A DNA stretch of 64,000 nucleotides, from positions 10,130 through 74,129 of IMG/VR virus record IMGVR_UViG_3300032227_001336; one strand, written 5' to 3'. Each line of letters begins with the position of its first letter. Positions within the stretch are counted from its first letter, which is position 1. Shown one piece after another: positions 40,187-50,048 of the stretch. Below the pieces are notes generated by a model, which did not search any database, was not told the DNA's origin, and was given only the letters and a program-made list of their open reading frames with translations. The DNA comes from a virus. Taxonomy: Duplodnaviria > Caudoviricetes. A program made the position numbers and the translations under genes.

Positions 40187-41971
40187 TTATAACGGAATTC
40201 CTTGAGTATTCCAAGATAATTGGTATTCAGTGCCCTCATCTATTCCTAATAACTCGTATTCTATATTATTACTAGCTTCGGTGCCTAAAATTAAATTATT
40301 GCTTGCTTGAGTATATAATAAGTTTCCACTTGCAAAAATTCCTCTTGTTCCAAAACTTGGATCAAGTTCAAAATTAAAATTTAATGATGCTGTTTTATTC
40401 TTACCTATAGAAGACTCGTAGCTAATGTTATCAAATTTACAACCACTAAAAATTAATTTTGTTGGATAAACACCACTTTTATTTGTATTAAAATCAATAA
40501 CGACACTATAATCATCATCGCGATTTAAAGTATCAAAAAATGAACCTTCTAAATTTTCTTTTACAATAAAACTTGTGCTTAATTTTCCATTAACTGGAAA
40601 TGATATTTTTCTTCCTAATGGGAATTTATAATTTAATGATCTTAAAGTATTTCTTTGAAAAGCTAGTGAATATTCTAAACTTTGAATAGTATCATTGTAG
40701 TATTCAATGTTGGAAAGAATTCCATAATTAGCAGTTATAGCTCCACCTACTTGATTAAAACTTGAATCAAAATAATAAGTTGTATTTGGGATTGGTACAT
40801 CAACTGATCTGACACTAACTCCATCTTTGAAATAAGTAACAGTCTTTCCATTATATTCTATTCTAAATTTTGTTGAAATTGTATAAGTTCCAAAACTAGC
40901 TATAAGTAGGCCAGTTTCATAGATATTATAAGTTCCAGGTGCACTAGTATGCCAAGCATAGTTTATTGTATCATAACCAGCGCTTCCTGTTGGATTATTG
41001 CTTAATCCAAACATAGCTCCAGCCGTGGTTTGATTAGGGCTTACCTCAACATACATATTATTATTATAACCTATGCTAGAATAAGCTTGCGCATCGCCCC
41101 AAGTAATTCCAGCAATTTTTGTAAATACATTTCCAACTTTACTCATAGTTACTGGAGTTATATTTTCAGGAATTAAACTGCTAATATTAGTTGAACTATT
41201 GGTTGGGTTTCTATAAAAAGTAACACTAGCATCTCCTGGTAAAAGAGTATTTTGTCCACTTATTCCGCTTTGATTTAAATCTAAAGCTTTTGGAATTATT
41301 ATTTGATCATTTTGGGGTTGATTTATTCCAGATTTTAAATCTAATATTGTATAATTTATTCCACTACCACTTATATAAAAATTAATATTATCAGAAATAT
41401 AAGATTGAGTTACTGTCGGCATTGAATCAACTTGAACTCTAAAGTTATAATCTGTTAAATAACAATTTTGAAAATTTAAAACTGCATAGTTATTTGATTT
41501 TGGATCAATAATATCATTAACTCCAGTTGGATTTGTATAATAATCTGTTAATATATAATTGCCATATAAATCATCTTCGTTTTTATTTATAACAAGATAA
41601 AAATCTTTTTCGTCTGTAATTGAGTTATCTTTACATAACCCAGAAAACATAACTGGTTGATTTGCTGATTGATAATTTGCAACATCAAAATTTAATCTAT
41701 TTTCATTTGTAACGCCATCTGGAATATATGAAAAAGTAAAATTTACAGTTGGAGAATTTAAATCATTTCTAAATATACTTTTATTCGCACCAAAACCAAC
41801 TAGACCTATTCTAGATTGATCAATAGAATAATTAAAATTTTGTATTTTCTCTAATCTTTTAAGTATTTGATAACCGCTTAAATAATAATAATCGTCTACT
41901 GGATTTTGTTCTCCAGAGTAAGGAGCGAAATATAGTCCTTGAGTATTATATATTATTCTATTCCTTGGCAT
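40187..41971 (-). CDS. Tail-tube paralog with inserted beta-sandwich domain
   Basis: MPRNRIIY, IQNFNYSID, LLPGD, IQS...R...KF...R.I.FP, SSIGKNKT align with 9145-10260. Confidence 0.75.
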   Translation of the reverse strand: MPRNRIIYNTQGLYFAPYSGEQNPVDDYYYLSGYQILKRLEKIQNFNYSIDQSRIGLVGFGANKSIFRNDLNSPTVNFTFSYIPDGVTNENRLNFDVANYQSANQPVMFSGLCKDNSITDEKDFYLVINKNEDDLYGNYILTDYYTNPTGVNDIIDPKSNNYAVLNFQNCYLTDYNFRVQVDSMPTVTQSYISDNINFYISGSGINYTILDLKSGINQPQNDQIIIPKALDLNQSGISGQNTLLPGDASVTFYRNPTNSSTNISSLIPENITPVTMSKVGNVFTKIAGITWGDAQAYSSIGYNNNMYVEVSPNQTTAGAMFGLSNNPTGSAGYDTINYAWHTSAPGTYNIYETGLLIASFGTYTISTKFRIEYNGKTVTYFKDGVSVRSVDVPIPNTTYYFDSSFNQVGGAITANYGILSNIEYYNDTIQSLEYSLAFQRNTLRSLNYKFPLGRKISFPVNGKLSTSFIVKENLEGSFFDTLNRDDDYSVVIDFNTNKSGVYPTKLIFSGCKFDNISYESSIGKNKTASLNFNFELDPSFGTRGIFASGNLLYTQASNNLILGTEASNNIEYELLGIDEGTEYQLSWNTQGIPL

Positions 41972-42044
41972 ACCTTTTACCTCAATAAATTTACACTATA
42001 AATGAATTTATAGAATAAAAGTAATTTTCTCTGTATAATATATT

Positions 42045-42482
42045 ATGAAAAAATATTGCATAAATTGTGGTTCTGGAACCGAATTCTCTTCTGTTAAGCC
42101 TAAATTTTGTAGTGGGTGTGGGCATAACTTTGATACGTCTTTTGCTGGGACTAAACCACCAGTTAAGCAGCCTATAGAAAGAAAAATAAAGCCAAATATA
42201 TCTTTAGATAATAATATTGAAATTGATAATGATGACGATTTTGACAATGATGATGTTAATCATGTCCCAAATATAAATGAATTAAATGTAGATTGTGAAG
42301 TTCAAAAATATCAAGGTATTAAATTCAACAAAATGATGGATAGTCCAATTAATCCATCTTTTGGATCTCTTAAAAAAGAAAAAGTAAAAGGAAAAAAAGT
42401 CTCAAAAAAAGACGCTCAAGAGTTCTTTGATAATTTCTCAAAAGAAGCTGGCGCAATAAGACCTAAGAATAAAAGAAAATAA
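42045..42482 (+). CDS. Zinc-ribbon protein
   Basis: YCINCG...KPKFCSGCG at the N-terminus. Confidence 0.8.
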   Translation: MKKYCINCGSGTEFSSVKPKFCSGCGHNFDTSFAGTKPPVKQPIERKIKPNISLDNNIEIDNDDDFDNDDVNHVPNINELNVDCEVQKYQGIKFNKMMDSPINPSFGSLKKEKVKGKKVSKKDAQEFFDNFSKEAGAIRPKNKRK

Positions 42483-42483
42483 A

Positions 42484-43170
42484 ATGCCAGCAAAGAAATC
42501 TAATTTTGAGTCAAAAATCGATGAGATTAATGCTGAGATTTTTAAAAGAAAACATAAATGGAGTTTGACTTCTTTATCGTGGCTTGACTTTAGTGATGTT
42601 GCTCAAATATTAAGAATACATATATATAAAAAGTGGCACTTATATGATCAAGATAAAAAACTTGCTCCTTGGGTAAATAGAATAATCAGTAATCAAATTA
42701 AAAATTTAATAAGAAATAATTATGGTAATTTTTCTAGACCTTGCTTGAAATGTTCTGCTGCAGAGGGCGAAGATCTATGTAACATATACGGAAAACAATG
42801 TAATAACTGTCCACTTTACGCAAGATGGACAAAAAGTAAAAAAAATGCATATGATACAAAGCTACCTGTTAGTCTTGAAAATCATACTCAAGAAGTTCAT
42901 GATATGGTATATGATTCTATAGATATAGAAAAGAACGCAGAAGTTATACATAAGAAAATGTTGAATACATTAAAACCTCTAGAAGCAAAATTTTATAAAT
43001 TAGTTTACATTGAGCATAAATCTGAAGAAGATGCTGCTAAACATATGGGCTATAAAACTTCAGAAAAAAATAGAAAAATTGGATACAAACAAGTTAAGAA
43101 TTTAAAAAAATCCATAATGATAAAAGTTAAAAAACTTATATATAATGGAGATATAGATTTAGATGTATGA
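42484..43170 (+). CDS. Phage sigma70-family (ECF-like) factor
   Basis: Region 2-like DFSDVAQ...WHLYD...LAPWVNRIISNQIKNLIR; region 4-like LKPLE...YIEHKSEEDAAKHMG; Cys cluster between them. Confidence 0.7.
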   Translation: MPAKKSNFESKIDEINAEIFKRKHKWSLTSLSWLDFSDVAQILRIHIYKKWHLYDQDKKLAPWVNRIISNQIKNLIRNNYGNFSRPCLKCSAAEGEDLCNIYGKQCNNCPLYARWTKSKKNAYDTKLPVSLENHTQEVHDMVYDSIDIEKNAEVIHKKMLNTLKPLEAKFYKLVYIEHKSEEDAAKHMGYKTSEKNRKIGYKQVKNLKKSIMIKVKKLIYNGDIDLDV

Positions 43171-44258
43171 ATGATGAATTGTCTTTAACTGAAGAGCAGC
43201 AATTAAAACTACTCGAAGAGTGGAATCGTAGACCAGATAATCCACCAGCATTAACTGAGTTAGTTAAATTAGCTTTTGATCGTGATGATTTAGACGGAAG
43301 AAGTAAAGAAGGTAAAGCTGTAAAAAGTTTTCTAGCTTCAAGACAGATCAAACCAAGAAAAAGTCATGAATACCAAGCTAAAGGTCTTATAGAATTAACA
43401 GAAGATCAAAAAGAATACATTAGTAATAATTGTGCAACTATGACTGGAATTGAAATAGCTAAAATTTTATTTAAAAATGAATCATTAACTAATCTTTCTC
43501 AAGAAACAAGAAGTATTCTTGATTATATGAAAACTATACCTAGTAATATTAAATATCTTAATGATACAAATGAAAATATTGCTACAGAAACTTATAAAGC
43601 CCCACGAAGCGAAGAAAGAATGGTTGTTAAAATCAATAAATATATATTAGATGGAATAGATAAAGAAAAGATTACTCCAAGGCAAAAAAAAGAAGTGAAC
43701 TCTTTAATTGGTTATATGAATACATATAGATTTACCCATCAAATTAATCTTTATGATGATGAGAATGATAGGGATCTTTTTGAAAGTAGTTTTGTAAGAT
43801 ATACTTACGATAAAAGTGATTTAACTCAAGAAGAAGTTGATCAATATATTGTTCTTGCAACAGAAGTAGTCATATCTTCAAGTATTCAACAAACAATTAC
43901 AACTCTTCAAAATCAAATTGATCTTGCGACTCAAGAAGATGGTAAAATTCCAATGACTTTAGTAGAAGCTAGTAGCACAGCTAGAAAAGAATACAATGAT
44001 TGTGTAAATCGCCAACAAAAATTATTACAAGATCTTAAAGTCAAAAGAAGCGAAAGACTTAGCAAGCAAGTTAAGGAGAATGCAAGTATTCTAAATCTTG
44101 TAGAAATGTGGAAACAAGAAGAGTCTAGACAAAAATTATTAAAAATAGCAGAGCTTAGAAAAAATAGTATTAAGAAAGAGATCGAAAGACTTGGGACTAT
44201 GGATGAAATAAAAGCTAGGATACTTGGAATATCAGAAGATGATATTTTAAATGGATAA
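43167..44258 (+). CDS. Hypothetical protein, possible terminase small subunit
   Basis: 363 aa with HTH-like segment (LTEDQKEYI...MTGIEIAKILF) and C-terminal coiled coil; upstream of the terminase. Confidence 0.45.
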   Translation: MNDELSLTEEQQLKLLEEWNRRPDNPPALTELVKLAFDRDDLDGRSKEGKAVKSFLASRQIKPRKSHEYQAKGLIELTEDQKEYISNNCATMTGIEIAKILFKNESLTNLSQETRSILDYMKTIPSNIKYLNDTNENIATETYKAPRSEERMVVKINKYILDGIDKEKITPRQKKEVNSLIGYMNTYRFTHQINLYDDENDRDLFESSFVRYTYDKSDLTQEEVDQYIVLATEVVISSSIQQTITTLQNQIDLATQEDGKIPMTLVEASSTARKEYNDCVNRQQKLLQDLKVKRSERLSKQVKENASILNLVEMWKQEESRQKLLKIAELRKNSIKKEIERLGTMDEIKARILGISEDDILNG

Positions 44259-45198
44259 ATTTATGTCAGTTATATGTAAAGTAGATGGAAAAGAATTTGC
44301 AAGTGATAAAGCTTTACATATGTCACTTAAAGGTTATGGTTTGAATAAAGTTAAATACTATCAAACATATTTTGAACGAAGAGATCTTCTAACTAACGAG
44401 CTTATTAATTTCAAAACTAAAGAGCAATATTTGAATAGTGATTTCAATGATAAAAATAATATGAAAAAATGGCTTAAGCAACAATCAGTTGAAAAAGCTC
44501 AAGAATATTGCAAGCAATTATTATCCAAAAGAAAACATGAGAAAAATTTAACTTATAGTCCTTCACAAGTAGAATTAAGAACAATTATGGCCCCGTCGAT
44601 TGTTTTTTATAATAAAATATTTAATGATTATTATGATGTTTGCTCGAATCTCGGCCTAGAGAATAAATTTATTCACCCAAATAACATAACTGATCAATTT
44701 AAAAATAAATTAAATAAAAAATCAATTATCTATGTTGATACAAGAGAACAGAGTTGGTTGAAATTTGATACAAAGTTTGAAATTAAAACATTACCCTTCG
44801 GAGATTATTCTTGCAGTAATGATAATTGTAAATGTTTTATAGAAAGAAAAAGTTTAAGTGATTTTATAAGCACGTTAAGCGTTAAAAACTTTGATAGATT
44901 TAAAAATGAAATAGATCGAGCAAAGAAAAGCGGCGCATATTTAATTGTTGTAGTAGAAGAGAAATTGACTAATGCGTTAAGCTTTCAATATCTTCCGCAT
45001 ATTAGTAAAAAAATTAAAGCTACTCCAGAATATATATTTCATAATGTTCGAGAGTTACTTCAAAACTATGATAATCTACAATTTCTTTTTGTAGATGGAA
45101 GAGGAGAGATGACAAGGGTAATTGAGTCTATTTTTACGTCAAATTGTTTTTACAAACAAGTAGACCTTCAATTAGCTTATGATCTAAAACTATTATGA
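44251..45198 (+). CDS. ERCC4 (XPF/Mus81-type) nuclease domain protein
   Basis: IYVDTREQ...LPFGDY...FIERKSLSDF signature. Confidence 0.85.
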   Translation: MDKFMSVICKVDGKEFASDKALHMSLKGYGLNKVKYYQTYFERRDLLTNELINFKTKEQYLNSDFNDKNNMKKWLKQQSVEKAQEYCKQLLSKRKHEKNLTYSPSQVELRTIMAPSIVFYNKIFNDYYDVCSNLGLENKFIHPNNITDQFKNKLNKKSIIYVDTREQSWLKFDTKFEIKTLPFGDYSCSNDNCKCFIERKSLSDFISTLSVKNFDRFKNEIDRAKKSGAYLIVVVEEKLTNALSFQYLPHISKKIKATPEYIFHNVRELLQNYDNLQFLFVDGRGEMTRVIESIFTSNCFYKQVDLQLAYDLKLL

Positions 45199-47039
45199 TA
45201 TACTCTCCAGATAAATATAAAAAAGATTATCCAGATGTAAATACAGAATTAATGAATCTTAAAGGTATTCTTAATGACAAAGATGCTAAAATTTCTCTTG
45301 CTAAATTTTTAAGAGCTAATTTAGGCTTTACTACTGAACTTATAAGTGGTATCAAATTAGCTCCATATCAGGAAATTCATCTTAAGGGTTTATTAAATAG
45401 AAACTTTAGTATGTGCGTATTTGGTCGAGGTTGTGGCAAGAGTTTTATCGCAAGCGTGTTTTGTTTTCTTCAATGTGTCTTTGAACCTAATACTAAAATT
45501 CTAATCGCAGGACCAACTTTCAGAACAGCTAGATTCATATTTAATAATCTAGAAAAAATTGTAAATAGTAAAGGCGCAGAACTTCTTCAACAAGCTTTTG
45601 GTTCAAAAAGTAAAAGAAATGATCAATATGAATGGTCAATTAATGGTGGAAGTATCGTAGCTATTCCTTTAAGCGGAGAAAAGATTCGAGGATTTCGAGC
45701 TAATGTATTAGTTCTTGACGAGTTTCTTCTATTATCAGAAGATATTGTTAAAACTGTATTGATGCCATTCTTGGTTGCTCCACAAAATATGAAAGAACGA
45801 ATGGAAATTAGAGAAATGGAAGATACTTTAATCAGAGAAGGCATAATGAAAGAAGAAGACCGAATGGTTTTTGAAAATAATAGCAAAATGATAGCTCTTT
45901 CCTCTGCAAGTTATACATTTGAAAACCTTTATAAAACGTACAATGAATGGATAGAGAAAATTTATTCAAAAGAAGACACAGAAGCATCTTATTTTGTATC
46001 TCAATTAAGTTATGAAGCTTTGCCTTTGGAGATGATAGACAAAACAATTATTGAGGAAGCTCAAAATGGCGGCTCAAGTCATAGTAGTTTTTTAAGAGAA
46101 TATTGTGCAAGATTTATTGATGGTAGTGATAGTTATTTTAGTGCAAAGAAGATGGAGGAATGCACTATTCCAAATGGCCAATCTCCTCATACTTTAATGA
46201 AAGGTGTTTCTGGAAAGAAATATATTCTTGGGATTGATCCTAATATGAGTGATAGTCCTAATGCTGATTATTTTGCTATGGCCGTAATGGAAATTGATGA
46301 AGAAACTAAAACTGGAACGCTAGTTCATACATACGCTGGATTAGGAAATTTAAAAAATCACGTTAATTACTTGTATTATATCCTGACAAACTTCAATATT
46401 GTATTTATGATTTTAGATAATGCTGGAGCAGATGTATTTCTTTCTGCTTGTAATCAATCTGAGTTATTCAAAAATAATAATTTAAATATAAATAGTTTTG
46501 AATTTAATTCTGATTTGGAGGGACAAGATTATGATCAAGAAATTCGTAAAATTAGAAATAGTTATAATCTAGAATCAAAAAAAATAGCTTTTAATCAAGT
46601 CTTTACGAGTAACTTTATTCGCAAAGCTAATGAACACTTGCAAGCTTCTATTGATTATAAAAAAATATGGTTTGCTAGTAAAACTTGTGCTAATGATAGC
46701 TTTTTTGAGTCTCAATTCAGTCAAAATATACCAATAGATTTAATGAAAACAGAGGAAAAGAAGGATTGGTCTACTCTTGATTTCATTGAAAATCAAGATG
46801 ATTTTATATATCAAACTAAAAAACAATGTACTCTTGTAGAGCATTCATCTACAGCCAGAGGAACCCAATCATTTGACTTGCCTCAACATTTAAAAAGAAG
46901 TTCTTCTGCGAATAAAGCAAGAAAAGATAATTATTCTGCACTTTTATTAGTAAATTGGGGTTTAAAGTGCTATTATGATATAATGAACGCTCCAACCGAG
47001 GATATATCAAGCACTTTTATGCCTATAATGATTAATTAA
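45195..47039 (+). CDS. terL: Terminase large subunit
   Basis: LAPYQ Q-motif, GRGCGKS Walker A, IRGFRANVLVLDE Walker B, YILGIDP RNase-H nuclease, KDNYSAL. Confidence 0.92.
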   Translation: MIYSPDKYKKDYPDVNTELMNLKGILNDKDAKISLAKFLRANLGFTTELISGIKLAPYQEIHLKGLLNRNFSMCVFGRGCGKSFIASVFCFLQCVFEPNTKILIAGPTFRTARFIFNNLEKIVNSKGAELLQQAFGSKSKRNDQYEWSINGGSIVAIPLSGEKIRGFRANVLVLDEFLLLSEDIVKTVLMPFLVAPQNMKERMEIREMEDTLIREGIMKEEDRMVFENNSKMIALSSASYTFENLYKTYNEWIEKIYSKEDTEASYFVSQLSYEALPLEMIDKTIIEEAQNGGSSHSSFLREYCARFIDGSDSYFSAKKMEECTIPNGQSPHTLMKGVSGKKYILGIDPNMSDSPNADYFAMAVMEIDEETKTGTLVHTYAGLGNLKNHVNYLYYILTNFNIVFMILDNAGADVFLSACNQSELFKNNNLNINSFEFNSDLEGQDYDQEIRKIRNSYNLESKKIAFNQVFTSNFIRKANEHLQASIDYKKIWFASKTCANDSFFESQFSQNIPIDLMKTEEKKDWSTLDFIENQDDFIYQTKKQCTLVEHSSTARGTQSFDLPQHLKRSSSANKARKDNYSALLLVNWGLKCYYDIMNAPTEDISSTFMPIMIN

Positions 47040-47045
47040 GTGTAA
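47040..47045 (+). promoter_or_regulatory. GTGTAA putative late promoter element (portal)
   Basis: 12 nt upstream of ATG 47058; no SD. Confidence 0.65.
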
Positions 47046-47057
47046 TATTTAAGTAAA

Positions 47058-48956
47058 ATGAAGAAAAATACCAAAAAAATACAAGAAATTAAAGCATCTA
47101 CAGAAGAGCAAATATCGCCATTAATGGTTTATGGTTCAGAAAGAAAATTAACAGCTTCAGAAGCAAGAGGAAGTTCACCAGTTAGAAGAAATACTGCTAG
47201 TACAATTGAAAGAACTAACAGGTTTACAAATATTGATACTGGAATTATTCCATTTAGATATTCTAATTATGTTAAAAATTTATCTACCCTAGATGTAAGA
47301 GATGCTGTTATACTTTGTCAAAAAGCTTATTATAATGTTGCAATTTTCAGAAACACAATAGATTTAATGACAGAATTCTCTGCTAGTTCTATTTATTTAA
47401 CTGGTGGAAGTCAAAAATCAAGAGAATTTTTCGATGCTTATTTTAAAAAGATTAATTTAACAAGTTTTCAAGATCAATTTTTTAGAGAATACTATAGAAG
47501 TGGGAATGTGTTTACTTATAGATTTGATACTTCTTTGGACTCTGAGCAAGTATTTAAAATAACTCAAGTATTTGGTTCAAAAGCTTTGGCTAAAGATGGA
47601 TCAATTAAAATTCCTGTAAGATATACTATAATTAATCCAGCAGATGTTTATGTTGGTGGTGGAGTAAATTATTCTTATAATATATATTATAAACTATTAA
47701 GTAGTTACGAATTAGAAAAACTTAGAGATCCAAAAACTGAGGAAGATATAGAAGTTTACCAAGGATTACCAGACGATGTAAAAGAAAAGATTAAAAATAA
47801 AAGTAATTCTTATATTTTAGTTCCATTAGATCCTAAAAAGATGGCCGCAGTTTTTTATAAAAAACAAGATTACGAACCACTCTCGATTCCAATGGGTTTT
47901 CCAGTATTAGATGATATTAACTGGAAATTAGAAATGAAAAAAATGGATATGGCAGTTACAAGAACAACTCAACAAGCTATTCTTTTAGTTACTATGGGCA
48001 ATGAGCCTGATAAAGGTGGAATCAATCAGAAAAATTTACAATCCATGCAACAATTATTTGAAAATCAAAGCGTTGGCAGGGTATTAATTGCAGATTACAC
48101 AACTAAAGCTCAATTCGTAATTCCTGATATTGGAAGTTTAATTGGGCCAGAGAAATATGAAGTAGTTGATAGAGATATTCAAATTGGATTAAATAATATT
48201 CTTATTGGCAGTGAAAAATTTGCTAATACAAGTATTAAAGTCCAAGTTTTCATGGAAAGACTAAAGCAAGCAAGAGAAGTTTTCTTAAATGAATTTTTAA
48301 TACCAGAAATAAGAAGAATTAGTAAAGATTTAGGATTTAAAAATTTTCCAGTACCAGTATTTGAAGATATTAGTCTTAAAGATGATGTACAATATTCTAG
48401 AATATACAATAGATTGGTTGAGCTTGGCGTATTAACTGCTGATGAAGGAATTCAAGCTATAGAAACTGGAAGATTACCTACTCCAGAAGAATCTGTACAA
48501 TCTCAACAAAAATTTAGAGAATTAAAAGATCAAGGATTTTATCAACCACTTATTGGTGGTGGTGCTCAAGCTGGAAGACCTATGGGTTCAACTGGTACTC
48601 CTCAGTCTACAAAAAATGTAAAACCAATTGGTAGTTCAAAAGCCTTTTCTGTTCTTAAGATAAGAGAAAATATTTTAGCTGTTCAAGATCTTGAAGAAGA
48701 AGTCAAAGGTTCTTTAAGAAAAAAATTTGAAATCAAGAAATTAAGTAACGCACAAAAAGATATGGCAGAAAAAATTACAGAATTAATTATAGCAAATGAA
48801 GATTCTAGTCAGTGGAAAGCAAAAATACAAGATTATATTGAAAAACCATTTGATCAAAATTTAAATCAAGTAAATGAAATTCAATCAATTGCTTCCGAGC
48901 ATCAAGTCGATAGTTATTTAGCTAGTTTATTGTATCACAGCAAAAAATCTGAATAA
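47058..48956 (+). CDS. Portal protein
   Basis: 632 aa directly after terL; AYYNVAIFRNTIDLM, REYYRSGNVF.Y and F.DISL portal-type segments. Confidence 0.85.
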   Translation: MKKNTKKIQEIKASTEEQISPLMVYGSERKLTASEARGSSPVRRNTASTIERTNRFTNIDTGIIPFRYSNYVKNLSTLDVRDAVILCQKAYYNVAIFRNTIDLMTEFSASSIYLTGGSQKSREFFDAYFKKINLTSFQDQFFREYYRSGNVFTYRFDTSLDSEQVFKITQVFGSKALAKDGSIKIPVRYTIINPADVYVGGGVNYSYNIYYKLLSSYELEKLRDPKTEEDIEVYQGLPDDVKEKIKNKSNSYILVPLDPKKMAAVFYKKQDYEPLSIPMGFPVLDDINWKLEMKKMDMAVTRTTQQAILLVTMGNEPDKGGINQKNLQSMQQLFENQSVGRVLIADYTTKAQFVIPDIGSLIGPEKYEVVDRDIQIGLNNILIGSEKFANTSIKVQVFMERLKQAREVFLNEFLIPEIRRISKDLGFKNFPVPVFEDISLKDDVQYSRIYNRLVELGVLTADEGIQAIETGRLPTPEESVQSQQKFRELKDQGFYQPLIGGGAQAGRPMGSTGTPQSTKNVKPIGSSKAFSVLKIRENILAVQDLEEEVKGSLRKKFEIKKLSNAQKDMAEKITELIIANEDSSQWKAKIQDYIEKPFDQNLNQVNEIQSIASEHQVDSYLASLLYHSKKSE

Positions 48957-48975
48957 TATAATTTAATTAGTTGGA

Positions 48976-49695
48976 CTAATCAAGCTCTTCAAATTTTTCT
49001 ATGATATAAGCTAATATATCATTTCTCATAATATCTTCGCGCCCAAATTTAAATGTGCATATACCCTTATCTTTACTTTTCTTGTCATCAAAAAGATTAT
49101 ATATCCTGTCAAACCCGCTATTCTTGATATCTGATTGACGAATATCTCCAATTAAAATTAATTTACTAAACTTGCCCATTCTTGTAGTTATTAATAATAG
49201 ATCATGTATGCTTAAATTTTGAGCTTCGTCACATATAATGTAACTAGCATTAATACTAAGTCCTCTTAAAAAGCCTACTGGTAATCCTTTTACTCGTTCT
49301 TGTTTTAGGAGCGTTTCTACCTGATTTTTTGGTAGTAATTCATGCAATTTATCCATTAATGGTTGAAGATAAGGATCAAGTTTACTATGAAGATCTCCTT
49401 TAAGAAATCCTAGATTATGAGTTGAACTTTCTACTGGATTACGTACATAAAATATTTCACCAATTTTTTTCTGATTTATAGCATTTAAAGCTGCATATAC
49501 GCTAAGAAGACTTTTCGCTGTTCCTGCTGGGCCTTTACAAAATACCATTTTGGTATTTTTATCTTGAAGCAATTGAATAAATTTCTTTTGATTATCTGTC
49601 CATTGTAATTCTCTAATAGTTAAGAAACCTTCAATTTTATCTCTTTGAGGAACAGGGACTGACTTATCTTCTTTTTGCTTATGTTTTTTAGACAT
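48976..49695 (-). CDS. phoH: PhoH-family ATPase
   Basis: GPAGTAKS, LGFLKG, FLRGLS, ICDEAQN, TRMG..SK...GD..QSD. Confidence 0.93.
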   Translation of the reverse strand: MSKKHKQKEDKSVPVPQRDKIEGFLTIRELQWTDNQKKFIQLLQDKNTKMVFCKGPAGTAKSLLSVYAALNAINQKKIGEIFYVRNPVESSTHNLGFLKGDLHSKLDPYLQPLMDKLHELLPKNQVETLLKQERVKGLPVGFLRGLSINASYIICDEAQNLSIHDLLLITTRMGKFSKLILIGDIRQSDIKNSGFDRIYNLFDDKKSKDKGICTFKFGREDIMRNDILAYIIEKFEELD

Positions 49696-49763
49696 TGTAC
49701 TTACTGTAAATAATTACACCCCAATTGTATTAATTTTTAAATTAATTTTAATAAAGTTTAAAC

Positions 49764-50048
49764 TTAATTAATTAAAGAATAACCTTCTTTAAATTTTAAA
49801 TCTAAAGAAAATGAATTAACAGCTTGGCCTTCGTCAAATCTTTTAATAAAGTTTGCTCCAATTTTTGGCATAACTGCAGTATATTCTTTGTTTTTAATTT
49901 TTATATTAACATGAGAAGGTAGTACTGAAATGCTAGTAATTTTACCTTTCATATTTTTTTTGATTGCTCTGGCGATTGCACAATTTTGAGGATTAGCTTT
50001 TTCTCCTTCAAAAATGTTTCTTTCTGTTATGTTTATTGTTTTATTCAC
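49764..50048 (-). CDS. Hypothetical protein
   Basis: 94 aa with G....PQNCAIARA motif. Confidence 0.75.
   Translation of the reverse strand: MNKTINITERNIFEGEKANPQNCAIARAIKKNMKGKITSISVLPSHVNIKIKNKEYTAVMPKIGANFIKRFDEGQAVNSFSLDLKFKEGYSLIN

Noticed and set aside
24224-44008. Intragenic GTGTAA hexamers (about 24224, 29195, 44002)
   Set aside because: Not near a start codon in the matching orientation; treated as background occurrences
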